The notes under the pieces are model-generated. The model was not told where the DNA came from. It ran no database searches and worked only from the letters and a program-made list of their open reading frames with translations. DNA of 64,000 bases. Source: an uncultured bacterium. GTDB lineage: Bacteria > Acidobacteriota > Aminicenantia > Aminicenantales > Saccharicenantaceae. The stretch spans positions 2,108-66,107 of the forward strand of contig CALEUG010000003.1 of the NCBI GenBank assembly GCA_937920515.1, in the 5' to 3' direction. Position 1 is the stretch's first letter, and each line of letters begins with the position of its first letter. Both the position numbers and the translations under genes were made by a program. Below, one piece after another: positions 28,466-40,991 of the stretch.

Positions 28466-31045
28466 TCAATCCTCCCGGACCTTGGCAATAGAGCAGACCC
28501 GGTCTTTATCTTCCAGCTGGATCAGCCTGACTCCCTGGGTGGCCCGGCTGAGCGGCCTGATTTCGGTGGTTTTTATCCTGATAACCTTGCCGCTTATGGT
28601 GATTATCAACAGGTCGTCCTCGTTAACCCCGACCATGGCCAGGGCCGGTCCGATCTTGTCGGTAATCTTGAGGTTGATAACACCTTGACCGCCCCGGTTA
28701 TGGGTTGGGTAATCCTCGACCGGGGTTTTCTTGCCGTAGCCGCGTTCAGAGGCGGTAAATATGAACTTGTCTTCGGCCCCGACCACGATCATACTGATGA
28801 CCCGGTCCTTGGGTTTCAGGGTAATGGCCTTGACTCCAGCCGCCTGGCGCCCCATGGGCCTGACCAGCTTCTCCTTGAAACGGATGGCTTTGCCCATCCT
28901 GGTGCCGATGATGATATCATTCTGGCCGCTGGTCAGGGCAGCGGTGAACAGCTGGCTCCTGGGCCTGAGGTTCATGGCGATAATACCGCCACGGCGGACG
29001 TTCTTGAACTCGCTCAGCCTGGTTTTCTTGATCAACCCGGTATCGGTCATGATGACCACGTACTGGTCATCCCGGAATTCCTTGACGGCCAGAATCGACT
29101 GCACCTTTTCATCCGGCTGCATTTCCAGCAGGTTGACTATGGCCTTGCCCCGGCCGGAAGGCCCGACATCTGGCACGTCCAGGGCCTTCAGCCAGTACAT
29201 CCGACCCTTGTTGGTGAAAACCAGAAGGTAAGAATGAGTGGAGCCCACGAACAGGTTCTCCACCACGTCCTCGGCCTTCATCTCGATACCCTTCCGGCCC
29301 TTGCCCCCGCGGCTCTGGTAGCGGTAGGCGCTGAGGGAAGTCCTCTTGATATAGCCGGACTGGGTGTAGACAATGGCCACGTCTTCTTCTTTAATCAAGT
29401 CCTCGGCCTTGATCTCGGTAATCACTTCGTCTCTGATCTCAGTTCGTCTTTCATCCTTATACTGTTCCTTGAGATGCCTGAGTTCATCCTTGATGATCTG
29501 AAGAACCATTTCCGGGTTCTTCAGGATGAGTTTCAGCTGCTTGATCAGGGCCAGAAGTTCCTTGTGCTCCTGCACAATTTTCTGTCTTTCCAGCCCGGTC
29601 AGTCTCTGTAACTGCATTTCCAGTATGGCCTGGGCCTGGATGGCCGTCAGCTTGAACCTGGTCATCAAACCGTTCTTGGCCTCTTCCACCGTCCTGGAAG
29701 ATCGGATCAGGCTGATGACCGCATCCAGGTAATCCAGGGCAATCAGCAGGCCTTCCAGGATATGGGCCCGGTGTTCGGCTTTCTTCAGGTCGTGCTTGGT
29801 GCGCCTGATGATTACATCCCGGCGGTGGGCGATGAAATAGTTCATCATCTCCAGCAGGTTCAACAGCTTGGGTTGCCTGTCGACAATGGCCAGCATGATG
29901 ATGCCGAAGGAGGTCTGCAGAGCCGTGTGCTTGTAAAGGTTGTTGAGGATAATCTCCGGCAGCTCGCCCCGCTTGACTTCAATCACCACCCGTATGCCTT
30001 CCCGGTCAGACTCATCCCTGATGTCGGCAATGCCCTCTATCTTCTTGTTGTTGACCAGGTCGGCAATATTCTCCAGCAGCCGGGCCTTGTTGACACCGTA
30101 AGGAATCTCGGTGATGACAATCCTGTCTCTTTCGCCTTTATCCGCTCGCTCGATGGTGGTCTTGGCCCGGAGGTGGATGACCCCTTTGCCCTCCTGGTAG
30201 GCCTGGCGGATGTTCTGCCGGTTGAAAACATAACCGCCAGTGGGAAAATCCGGCCCGGGGATAAATTTCATTATGTCATCCAGGCTGGCCCCGGGATGGT
30301 CTATGAGATAGACCAGGCCGTCGCAGACTTCGGCCAGGTTGTGAGGCGGAATGTTGGTGGCCATGCCCACGGCTATACCCGAAGCCCCGTTGACCAGCAG
30401 GTTGGGAAACTTGGCCGGCAGGACCTCGGGCATCAGAAGGCTCTCGTCATAGTTGGGAACAAAATTGACCGTGTCCTTCTCTATGTCGGCCAGCAACTCC
30501 TCGGCCAGCCTGGTCATCCGGACCTCGGTATAACGCATGGCCGCCGGAGGGTCGCCGTCGATGGAACCGAAGTTGCCCTGGCCATCCACCAGCGGGTAGC
30601 GCAGGCTGAAGTCCTGGGCCATCCTGACCAGGGCGTCATAAACGGCCACGTCGCCGTGGGGATGGTACTTACCGATTACATCACCCACAATCCTGGCCGA
30701 TTTCTTATAGGGCTTGTTGTGGGTGGTGCTGGTCTCCCACATGGCATAGAGTACGCGCCGGTGGACCGGTTTCAGTCCGTCCTTTATATCCGGAATGGCC
30801 CGACCGATAATGACGCTCAGGGCATAGTCCAGGTAGGACTTCTTCATCTCTTCTTCCAGGCTGACCACGGACAGGCTCTGGGCTATCGGGGCCAGCTGTT
30901 CCTGGCTCTGGAGTTTCCGGGGTTCCGGGCCTGTCTTTTCCGGCTTGCTGGCCGCCGGCCTGGACTGTTCGGGCTTCTCTTCCGGCTTTTCTTTTTTTCT
31001 TTTCCCGGTCTTTTCTGGTTCTGGTTTTCGTTTCTTCGCGGCCAT
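28466..31045 (-). CDS. gyrA: DNA gyrase subunit A
   Basis: AMRYTEVRM active-site region (Tyr), [15 protein letters not shown]-terminal beta-pinwheel repeats. 859 aa. Confidence 0.95.
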   Translation of the reverse strand: MAAKKRKPEPEKTGKRKKEKPEEKPEQSRPAASKPEKTGPEPRKLQSQEQLAPIAQSLSVVSLEEEMKKSYLDYALSVIIGRAIPDIKDGLKPVHRRVLYAMWETSTTHNKPYKKSARIVGDVIGKYHPHGDVAVYDALVRMAQDFSLRYPLVDGQGNFGSIDGDPPAAMRYTEVRMTRLAEELLADIEKDTVNFVPNYDESLLMPEVLPAKFPNLLVNGASGIAVGMATNIPPHNLAEVCDGLVYLIDHPGASLDDIMKFIPGPDFPTGGYVFNRQNIRQAYQEGKGVIHLRAKTTIERADKGERDRIVITEIPYGVNKARLLENIADLVNNKKIEGIADIRDESDREGIRVVIEVKRGELPEIILNNLYKHTALQTSFGIIMLAIVDRQPKLLNLLEMMNYFIAHRRDVIIRRTKHDLKKAEHRAHILEGLLIALDYLDAVISLIRSSRTVEEAKNGLMTRFKLTAIQAQAILEMQLQRLTGLERQKIVQEHKELLALIKQLKLILKNPEMVLQIIKDELRHLKEQYKDERRTEIRDEVITEIKAEDLIKEEDVAIVYTQSGYIKRTSLSAYRYQSRGGKGRKGIEMKAEDVVENLFVGSTHSYLLVFTNKGRMYWLKALDVPDVGPSGRGKAIVNLLEMQPDEKVQSILAVKEFRDDQYVVIMTDTGLIKKTRLSEFKNVRRGGIIAMNLRPRSQLFTAALTSGQNDIIIGTRMGKAIRFKEKLVRPMGRQAAGVKAITLKPKDRVISMIVVGAEDKFIFTASERGYGKKTPVEDYPTHNRGGQGVINLKITDKIGPALAMVGVNEDDLLIITISGKVIRIKTTEIRPLSRATQGVRLIQLEDKDRVCSIAKVRED

Positions 31046-31080
31046 CAGTTCAACCTTTCCCTTAAATCTTTATGACCGTG

Positions 31081-33546
<2,466 letters not shown>

Positions 33547-33787
33547 TTATAGCTTAATTCACTCTAAAAGTAAAGAAAAAATTGACCCGAAAGTGGCTTT
33601 TTTCTTGTATCTATATTATTTATTATCTTATGTTTATAAATGATGCGGCCGGACCAGAAGCCTGTTTGCCATTTTCCGGGCAAAAATTGATTAATTTTAC
33701 CGGCAGAAAAGAGAAAAGATAGCTATTCTGGCGACTTAAAAAACCGCTGGATCTAAGTTAAAATAGGTTATCTCTGGAGGTCAAAAA

Positions 33788-34777
33788 GTGCCGGCCAACC
33801 TGCCGCCCGAATACTTCGAAGTGGAAAAAACCCTGCGCCAGGCCAGGACTGCCGAAGAGAAAATTGCCATTATGGAAAAGTTGCTGTCCATCATTCCCCG
33901 GCACAAGGGCACAGAAAAACTGGTGGCTCTGTACCGTTCTAAGATTGCCAGGCTGAAAGAAGAAATCGAGCAGCGACCGGCGACCAGAAAAGGACCGCTT
34001 TTCCGGATTGAAAAATCAGGGGCTGGCCAGGTCATAGTCATCGGCCCGCCTAACGCCGGCAAGTCAGCCCTCATCCAGGCCCTGACGGGAGTGGAGGTTG
34101 AAGTGGCCGACTTTCCCTTCACCACCAGGATGGCCGCGCCCTACATGATGCCCTTCGAAAACATCAAGATCCAGCTCATCGACACCCCGCCTATCACTGC
34201 TGACTACCTGGAATCCTGGCTGGTCGAGATGGTCAAGATGGCCGAGGCGGTGCTGGTGGTTCTGGATGCCAGCAGCCCCGACTCTTCGGCCCAGCTGGAA
34301 ACGATCATCAACCGCCTCCAGGAAAAAAAGGTTGAACTTGTCCCCGGGGAAACGATTATCCCGCCAGAAAAATTCCCTTTCGTGAAGAGGACTCTTCTGG
34401 TCTTAAACAAAAGCGACCTTCGGGGAGCCGGGACTCTCCTGGAAGAGCTGGATATCCTGTTCGGAAAAAAACTGGACAGACTCCCGGTCTCAGCCTCAAC
34501 GACGGAGGGGCTGGAGACCTTGCGACGCCTGGTATTCGACCTGTTGCAGATTGTCAGGGTTTACAGCAAAGTCCCCGGGAAAAAACCAGATTATGAATCG
34601 CCGTTCATCCTGAAAAAAGGCAGCAACATAATGGACCTGGCCCGGCAGGTTCACAAGGATTTTGCCGAGAGGCTCAGCTACACCCGGGTCTGGAACAAAC
34701 AGGGCACGATTAACGGCCTGCGGGTGACCCGCGATTACCTGCTAAACGATGAAGATACCGTTGAGCTGCACCTCTGA
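33788..34777 (+). CDS. Obg-family GTPase with C-terminal TGS domain, DRG-like N-terminal helical region
   Basis: G1 GPPNAGKSALIQAL. G4 LNKSDL. C-terminal TGS-like VRVYSKVPGK...FILKKGSNIMDLARQVHKDF. N-terminal KGTEKLVALYRSKIARLKEE resembles the DRG/Rbg1 N-terminus. GTG start after GGAGG. Confidence 0.65.
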   Translation: MPANLPPEYFEVEKTLRQARTAEEKIAIMEKLLSIIPRHKGTEKLVALYRSKIARLKEEIEQRPATRKGPLFRIEKSGAGQVIVIGPPNAGKSALIQALTGVEVEVADFPFTTRMAAPYMMPFENIKIQLIDTPPITADYLESWLVEMVKMAEAVLVVLDASSPDSSAQLETIINRLQEKKVELVPGETIIPPEKFPFVKRTLLVLNKSDLRGAGTLLEELDILFGKKLDRLPVSASTTEGLETLRRLVFDLLQIVRVYSKVPGKKPDYESPFILKKGSNIMDLARQVHKDFAERLSYTRVWNKQGTINGLRVTRDYLLNDEDTVELHL

Positions 34778-34944
34778 AAATTCACGGCAGCCAGTCATAA
34801 ACCAATAGCGGGAACAAACGGACCTGAAATTTCATGGAGCAGAGGCCGGCAGCTATCGCTTCTGTCTGACAGTGTAACCAGCAGGCTCTTAATCTAAATC
34901 TAACTTCAAGGATAAATGAATTTCCATGTCCCGCCGTTTCCGCC

Positions 34945-36492
34945 TTATCTCAGGCTTTCGGCCGGGGCGCTGGCCAGCTCCATAACCGCCAGGAACATCA
35001 GCCTGGCCATATCCTCGAGCATCTCGGGGTTGATCAGACTGATATTATCCCGGGTGTTATGATAGGTCGGATAAGGAAGCTTCAAGCCGGAAGTGGAAAA
35101 TGACAGCGAAGGAATATTCCTGTCCATGAACCTGGCCGCATCCAGCCTGGGCCGGGTCAGGTTGGCCCAGTAATTGGTGCCCATCTCCCGGTGCAGATAG
35201 GTGGCGTTGGCCTTTTCAAAAGGAGCATACAGCCATGGGAAATTCTTCCCGGCCAGGGCAAAAATCCGCTCCCCGCTGCCCACTCCATCCAGGTTTATAA
35301 GCCCCATGGTTTTTTCAATGGGGAAGACCGGGTTCTGCAGGTAGTACTCGGAACCTTTCACACCCTGTTCCTCGGCTCCAAAGAAGGCAAACAGGATGGT
35401 TCTCTTCGGTTTTATTTCGCACTTGCTGATGGCCTCAGCCAGACCGAGCATGACAGCCACGGCCGAGGCATTGTCGTTGGCCCCCGGCATCAATTCCGGG
35501 AAAAGCCCCAGGTGGTCGAGATGCCCGCCGATTATGATGACCTCATCCCTGAGCACGGGGTCGGTGCCGGTTATTTTACCCAGCACGTTATAACCAACGC
35601 CTTCCGGATGATGCTCGGTCTTGTTTCTTATGGTGAAAACCTTGCCGGTGGCAAAAGACTGTGGTTTCAGGTCGGTCCTTATTTTCTCCACGGTAGCCTG
35701 GTAGCTGCGGCCGGTGCCGGCGAAGATGTCATCAACCACGGTCCGGCCGACATGGCTGTAGATAAATCCTTCGATATAATCGTTGTTGGGGTTGCAGATC
35801 GGTCCATAATAATACAGCATTCCCCTGGCCCCGTGGGCGGCCGCATTCTGCAGCTTGTACTGGTGGAAAGAGTAGGGGCGCCACTTCTTAAAGGTCTCGG
35901 GGTCTTTGTCCGGGCTGTAAGGAACTTCATTTTCCATCAGGACAATTTTCCCACGAACATCGACTCCCCGGTAATCATCGTAACCCAGCTCGGGAGCGGT
36001 AATTCCATAACCCACGTAAACCACTTCGGCCGTGACCTCGCCCGAGGCCGAGGTGCCGCCGGGAAAATATTCATCTTCATAGAGATAATACTTTTTGACC
36101 GTGGCCTGATTCTTCGGGTCGGCTTTGCCGACCCTGAGATGCATGGATACCTCGCCCCTATCCAGTATCAGGGTGTAGGGATTGGGAAACGCCTGGAGGT
36201 AGGTCCCATTATCTCCGGCCGGCTCCACTCCCCACTCTTTCAACCTGGTGATGACCCATTCGGCCGAAAGGTTATAACCCTCAGTCCCGGTCAGGCGGCC
36301 GGTGTATTTTTCCGAGGTCAGTTCCCTGACATGCTCAAAAAGCGTGTGGCTGGAAATGGTATGGAATACCCGCAGCAACTTCTGGCTGTCGTCGGCGGGG
36401 CGAGTTTGAGCCGGAGCGGCCAACGGCTTAAGGTAAAAGGCCAGCACCAGAACAACCAGCCAGCTTTCAATTTTTCTGAAGTGATTTTTCAT
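34945..36492 (-). CDS. M28 family zinc aminopeptidase with PA domain, secreted
   Basis: Signal peptide. IIIGGHLDHLG, NDNASAVAVMLGLAEA, FAFFGAEEQGVKGSEYYL zinc-binding motifs. Confidence 0.8.
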   Translation of the reverse strand: MKNHFRKIESWLVVLVLAFYLKPLAAPAQTRPADDSQKLLRVFHTISSHTLFEHVRELTSEKYTGRLTGTEGYNLSAEWVITRLKEWGVEPAGDNGTYLQAFPNPYTLILDRGEVSMHLRVGKADPKNQATVKKYYLYEDEYFPGGTSASGEVTAEVVYVGYGITAPELGYDDYRGVDVRGKIVLMENEVPYSPDKDPETFKKWRPYSFHQYKLQNAAAHGARGMLYYYGPICNPNNDYIEGFIYSHVGRTVVDDIFAGTGRSYQATVEKIRTDLKPQSFATGKVFTIRNKTEHHPEGVGYNVLGKITGTDPVLRDEVIIIGGHLDHLGLFPELMPGANDNASAVAVMLGLAEAISKCEIKPKRTILFAFFGAEEQGVKGSEYYLQNPVFPIEKTMGLINLDGVGSGERIFALAGKNFPWLYAPFEKANATYLHREMGTNYWANLTRPRLDAARFMDRNIPSLSFSTSGLKLPYPTYHNTRDNISLINPEMLEDMARLMFLAVMELASAPAESLR

Positions 36493-36751
36493 AGCGCCTC
36501 TCCCTGCTTAAATCTCAAGGAAAGTATATTACCGCAGATTGCGAGCCGGTGTAAAAAAATTTCTAAAAGCAGGAAGAGTTTCTGAGTCCGTGAATGGCGG
36601 CAGTATTTACAGAAGGGCGGCACGGCCTTTATCTCCCGAGACCCGCAGACCAGGAGCCTCCTCACCGGGCGATATTGGAGCCAGGGCAGAGAGGGGCATG
36701 CCGTGGCCAGAACCTTCATCCAGTATTGGCCATCAAAATAAACAGAGCAGC

Positions 36752-36783
36752 CTGATATATGAAGAGTTATTCATATATGAATT
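36752..36783 (+). repeat. palindromic element CTGATATATGAA-N6-TTCATATATGAA (copy A), in the 5' region of the M28 peptidase gene
   Basis: 9-bp perfect inverted-repeat arms ATATATGAA/TTCATATAT with a 6-nt loop. A second copy with the same architecture lies at 62312-62338. Confidence 0.45.
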
Positions 36784-36898
36784 CCAGGCTTTCTCCAACA
36801 TCAGCCATCAAAAACAAAGGCACACTCCTCCAAGTCGGTTCATATTTTTTGCCCCTCACCCGCTCCTTTTTTCGCTTCATTCAGAGGCGGAGCCGGAT

Positions 36899-37726
36899 TT
36901 ATATTCTGAAGGACAGACCTCCGCGGAAAAGAAACCCGTCAAAGATTCCAACGTCGGCCACCAGGTTCAAGGTCCTGGACAGCCTGGCTCTCAGTCCCAG
37001 GTTAAATTGAAAGATCGGTAAAAAATTAAGCGGGAAGTCTCTGCCCTCTGCCAGGCGTTCGTCCTTGATCTGTCTCAGCGTCTTGCTGTCAGATTCGGAG
37101 TACTGTTCGATGGAACTGTCGGGGAGGGTCAGTGTTCCGCTGTATTCGTATCTGTAACGGGCATCCAAAAAGCTCCTGGAGGTGGAAATACCGGCGCCTA
37201 TGGTCAGGCAGGGAGAAATAACTCTGGAAGGCAGAAATTCCCAGCGCATGTTGAGATGAAAGGATAGCGGCTTGATGACGAATTCCCCGCCGGCCTGGCC
37301 GTTGAAGGTGGCTGGCTGGTTGAGGTTGAGGTCGATGAGGTCCAGCCTGGCGGTCACCGAGGGAAAGGAGATTTTCATGGTGGTCTGCTCGACGGCCAGC
37401 CCGAGGCTGAAGGCCCCACCCCGTCCCCCCGGATAAAAACGGAGTTCAAACCCCACGTTATGGCCCGGAGCATCAAAGTTGACATCCTGCTGGTAGCCGC
37501 TCTCGACCAGGGTCGGATAATCTGCCTGAATCTGTTTTAGGAAGCGGTCTTTGAGGTCGCTCTTCAGGGTATCGCTGACCATTTTCTCCACCAGGCCCCT
37601 GACCACGTTCAGCGTCCAGTAGGAATAATGGACGTTAAACTCCAGGTGACCATCGGCCAGAAGCGGAGAAGATAAAACGTATAGAAGAAACAGGGCGCCT
37701 GTAATTCTGACTGCCGTTTTTGGCAT
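36899..37726 (-). CDS. outer-membrane beta-barrel protein (hypothetical)
   Basis: Signal peptide, alternating beta-strand pattern, C-terminal aromatic-x-aromatic ending FRI typical of OMPs. Confidence 0.5.
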   Translation of the reverse strand: MPKTAVRITGALFLLYVLSSPLLADGHLEFNVHYSYWTLNVVRGLVEKMVSDTLKSDLKDRFLKQIQADYPTLVESGYQQDVNFDAPGHNVGFELRFYPGGRGGAFSLGLAVEQTTMKISFPSVTARLDLIDLNLNQPATFNGQAGGEFVIKPLSFHLNMRWEFLPSRVISPCLTIGAGISTSRSFLDARYRYEYSGTLTLPDSSIEQYSESDSKTLRQIKDERLAEGRDFPLNFLPIFQFNLGLRARLSRTLNLVADVGIFDGFLFRGGLSFRI

Positions 37727-37888
37727 GTCGCAGCCTCCTTTTCACTCATTTTATCCCACGCCGTCTCTGGAAAGTCAAGCCTTCTTGCCGGCCTGGCAAT
37801 TTAACGACCTCTTTTTTTCAGCCGGCCACTATTGATTTGATTATTTTTTACCTATCTGATATCGTAAACTCCTATTCGGAGGTAGAAA

Positions 37889-38461
37889 ATGAATAAATGT
37901 CTTTTCATTTTTTTCAGCCTGCTCCTCGTCTTCTCCCTGAGCTCCCTGCTGGCGGCCAACCCAAGGGTCCTGATGAAAACCACCAAGGGAGACATAGTGA
38001 TCGAGCTCTACGCTGATAAAGCCCCGATTACCGTCAAGAATTTCCTGAATTATGTCGGAGACAGGTTCTACGACGGGACCATTTTTCATCGGGTTATCAA
38101 GGGATTCATGGTCCAGGGTGGCGGCCTGACCCCCGACCTGCAGACCAGGCCGGAAAAACGGCCACCCATAAAGAACGAGGCCAACAACGGCCTGAAAAAC
38201 CTGCGTGGCACAATCGCCATGGCCAGGACGGCTGAAATCGACAGCGCCACCTGCCAGTTCTTCATCAACCTGGTGGACAATCCCTTCCTCGACCACGTGC
38301 CCAACGACCCCAAGAAGTTCGGTTACGCCGTTTTCGGCAAGGTTGTCCAGGGGATGGAAGTGGTCGACGCCATCGCCGAGGTGCCCACCACCACCAAGGG
38401 GATGTACCGCGACGTCCCGGTTGAACCGATCGTTATCATTTCTGTTACCAGGATCCAGTAA
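37889..38461 (+). CDS. ppiB: peptidyl-prolyl cis-trans isomerase, cyclophilin type, secreted
   Basis: [14 protein letters not shown] and the rest of the cyclophilin core. N-terminal signal peptide. Confidence 0.9.
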   Translation: MNKCLFIFFSLLLVFSLSSLLAANPRVLMKTTKGDIVIELYADKAPITVKNFLNYVGDRFYDGTIFHRVIKGFMVQGGGLTPDLQTRPEKRPPIKNEANNGLKNLRGTIAMARTAEIDSATCQFFINLVDNPFLDHVPNDPKKFGYAVFGKVVQGMEVVDAIAEVPTTTKGMYRDVPVEPIVIISVTRIQ

Positions 38462-38510
38462 ATTGAACGCCGGCTGGCCTTGAGGTTCCAGCCCGATAAC
38501 GACCGGATAG

Positions 38511-38720
38511 ATGTTTGAATGGCTGTTTGCTTTTGTGCACCTGGCTCTTTTCCTGGCACTTCTTGCTTATTCTATATTGAACCTGGCAAAGGGCCGCTGG
38601 CTGGCCGGAGCGGTTCTCCTGGCTTTCCTGGTTGCCTATTATTTTATTGTCCTCCATCCGGCAGTTCTTAAAGAAATAAGCCGAAAGAAAAAGAAAACCA
38701 ATAAGATAAGAAAAAATTAA
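38511..38720 (+). CDS. small membrane protein (2 predicted TM helices, Lys-rich tail)
   Basis: Hydrophobic ORF between ppi and the M28 gene. Weak RBS. Confidence 0.3.
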   Translation: MFEWLFAFVHLALFLALLAYSILNLAKGRWLAGAVLLAFLVAYYFIVLHPAVLKEISRKKKKTNKIRKN

Positions 38721-38821
38721 TTTATCGAAGGAGTCAGTCTGAGGCGCCGGCAATTTTGCCTTCAGCCTGAACCCGGTCCTGTGATATAATTGCTCTAAAA
38801 TTTTAGCTGGAGAGAAACCTT

Positions 38822-40318
38822 ATGAACACTAACCCGGACCTTAAAAGAAGAACAATCTGTCTGACCTTAGTCCTGGTACTTACTCTATCTGTCTTTAGCC
38901 GGCTGTCCGCGGCCGAACTGCCCGCCCGTCTCCAGAAGGCGGTTCAAAGCATAGACCCGCTCCTGGCCTACCAGCTCACCAGAACCATGGCCTCGGAAGA
39001 ATTTGCCGGCCGCCTGACCGGCCACGAAGGCTACACCAGGGCAGCCCGCTGGGCCGCAGCCAAATTCAAGGAATGGGGCCTCAGACCGCTCGATGCCAGG
39101 AACGGTTATCTACAGCCCTATCCCTCTCCCTATACCATCATAGACCAGGCCTCAATGACTCTTCACCTGCCGGGCAAGACCGGAAGTGACGGCCAGCCTC
39201 AATATGAAACGGTGGAGCTGAAGCCAGAAAAGGATTTCCTGCCGCTTCTTTACTCGGACTCAGGAAACCACACGGCCGGCCTGGTCTTTGCCGGCTGGGG
39301 TATCTCCGCTCCTGAACTCAACTATGACGATTATGCCGGAGTGGATGTAAAGGGCAAGTTTGTTCTCTGTTTCCGCGGCACGCCGGACCCGGGCCGGCGC
39401 GAGTTCCAGCACCACGACGAACACCGGACCAGGATGAAGGTGGCCAGAGATAAAGGAGCCCTCGGTCTTATCTACATTTATCCCGAAGCCCAGGCCAACC
39501 CCAACGGTGACTGGTTGTCCGGTTTCATGCCAGGCATGATAACCGAAAAAACTGCCGACCTGGTTTTCAAAGAAATCAATTCCACCACGGCCGAATTGAA
39601 AAAAGCGCTGCAGACCTTCAAGCGGCCCATTTCCTTCGACCTCAAGGCCCGTCTGTCTTACCGGGTGAGCTCCAGGCATTTCCCCGAGGCCATCGGCTAT
39701 AACATCGCCGGCTGGGTGGAAGGCTCCGACCCGAAGCTGAAGAAAGAACTGATCATCATCGGCGGCCATTTCGACCATTGCGGCCAGCACCTGGGCCTTC
39801 TCTTTCCGGGGGCAGATGACAATGCCAGCGGCTCGGCCGTGGTGATGACCCTGGCCAAAACTTTTGCTTCCCTGAACCCGAAGCCCAAAAGGTCGGTCAT
39901 GTTTGTACTTTTCGGAGGCGAAGAGCTGGGCCTGCAGGGTTCCACCTACTTTGCCGACCATCTTCCGGCCGGTTTTAACCGGGTGGTGGCCATGTTCAAC
40001 TTTGATATGGTAGGTGCAGGTGACGGCGCCTGGTGCGGGGTCAGCGCCGAGCCACCCTCACTCAAAGAAGCCATCGAAAAAGCCAACCAGGAAATAAACA
40101 TCATAAGGGGCTACGGGGTGATCAGGAACATCGGGGTCAGGAGTTCAGATTTCGCGCCATTCTTCCAGAAGGGGATTCCCTGCGCCAGTCTCGGCTCCAA
40201 TGGACCCCATCTGGCCTACCATGGAACTGGCGATACCATCTACCGCATCAACCCCGAGATCATGGGCAGCATCGCCCGGGTATCTTTCCTGGCAGTCTAT
40301 TTCCTGGCTGAAAAATAG
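38822..40318 (+). CDS. M28 family zinc aminopeptidase with PA domain, secreted (paralogue of 34945-36492)
   Basis: IIIGGHFDHCGQ, DDNASGSAVVMTLAKTF, FVLFGGEELGLQGSTYF. Same domain order as the other copy. Confidence 0.8.
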   Translation: MNTNPDLKRRTICLTLVLVLTLSVFSRLSAAELPARLQKAVQSIDPLLAYQLTRTMASEEFAGRLTGHEGYTRAARWAAAKFKEWGLRPLDARNGYLQPYPSPYTIIDQASMTLHLPGKTGSDGQPQYETVELKPEKDFLPLLYSDSGNHTAGLVFAGWGISAPELNYDDYAGVDVKGKFVLCFRGTPDPGRREFQHHDEHRTRMKVARDKGALGLIYIYPEAQANPNGDWLSGFMPGMITEKTADLVFKEINSTTAELKKALQTFKRPISFDLKARLSYRVSSRHFPEAIGYNIAGWVEGSDPKLKKELIIIGGHFDHCGQHLGLLFPGADDNASGSAVVMTLAKTFASLNPKPKRSVMFVLFGGEELGLQGSTYFADHLPAGFNRVVAMFNFDMVGAGDGAWCGVSAEPPSLKEAIEKANQEINIIRGYGVIRNIGVRSSDFAPFFQKGIPCASLGSNGPHLAYHGTGDTIYRINPEIMGSIARVSFLAVYFLAEK

Positions 40319-40349
40319 CTTTACAATAATAAAAGGTGAGGCTGAGAAA

Positions 40350-40991
40350 ATGAGAATAGCCAGAGAAGGTTCAATATTTTACCTGCCATCACTCGTTGTT
40401 TTTTTCCTGACCCTGGTACTCGGCTGGTGGCTGGCCAGCCTGTTTTTCCTGCTGCTATCAGCGGCTTTTCTTTTCTTCTTCCGCGACCCGGACAGGCAGC
40501 CGCCGCCGGGCGAGAACCTGGTGCTGTCGCCGGCCGACGGACAGGTTATAAAAATAGAAGAATTTCCCAGTCATCCGGACCTGGCCGGTTCCGGGACAGT
40601 CGTCAGCATCTTTCTCTCTCTGCTCGACGTTCATTTCACCCGCTCTCCCTTCTCGGCCGAGGTTAAAAGAGTTGATTACCGGCCCGGCAAATTTTTCCCG
40701 GCCTACCGGAAAGAAGCCAGCAGCCAGAATGAATCCAGCAGCCTGTTATTGCACGGAGAAAGGGGCCCGGTCTTCTTAAAGCAGATGGTCGGGATTGCTG
40801 CCAGGCGCATAAAATGTTATGTTAAGCCCGGAGACAGAGTGGCCGCCGGGCAGAAAATCGGCCTGATGTATTTTGGCTCGCGGGTTGATCTCTACTTGCC
40901 CGACCGGGTTGACCTTAAAGTTGGTCTGAACCAGAAAGTTAAAGGCGGCCTGACCATCATCGGAGAGTGGCGAGATGAAAGTCAGAATTAA
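40350..40991 (+). CDS. psd: phosphatidylserine decarboxylase-related protein (short archaeal-type PSD proenzyme)
   Basis: N-terminal TM segment, then LSPADGQV...FLS..DVH core and a C-terminal GS cleavage-type region (YFGSRVD). Start set at ATG 40350 after AGGTGAGG (ORF track extends into the upstream gene). Confidence 0.7.
   Translation: MRIAREGSIFYLPSLVVFFLTLVLGWWLASLFFLLLSAAFLFFFRDPDRQPPPGENLVLSPADGQVIKIEEFPSHPDLAGSGTVVSIFLSLLDVHFTRSPFSAEVKRVDYRPGKFFPAYRKEASSQNESSSLLLHGERGPVFLKQMVGIAARRIKCYVKPGDRVAAGQKIGLMYFGSRVDLYLPDRVDLKVGLNQKVKGGLTIIGEWRDESQN

Noticed and set aside
28685-31075. 308-aa and 437-aa ORFs antisense to gyrA
   Set aside because: gyrA identity is unambiguous. The antisense ORFs are compositional artefacts.
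36539-37021. ORFs in the 5' leader of the M28 peptidase (160 aa and 83 aa)
   Set aside because: No RBS and low-complexity. The 83-aa ORF simply begins inside the AT-rich palindrome. Region is better explained as leader plus repeat element.
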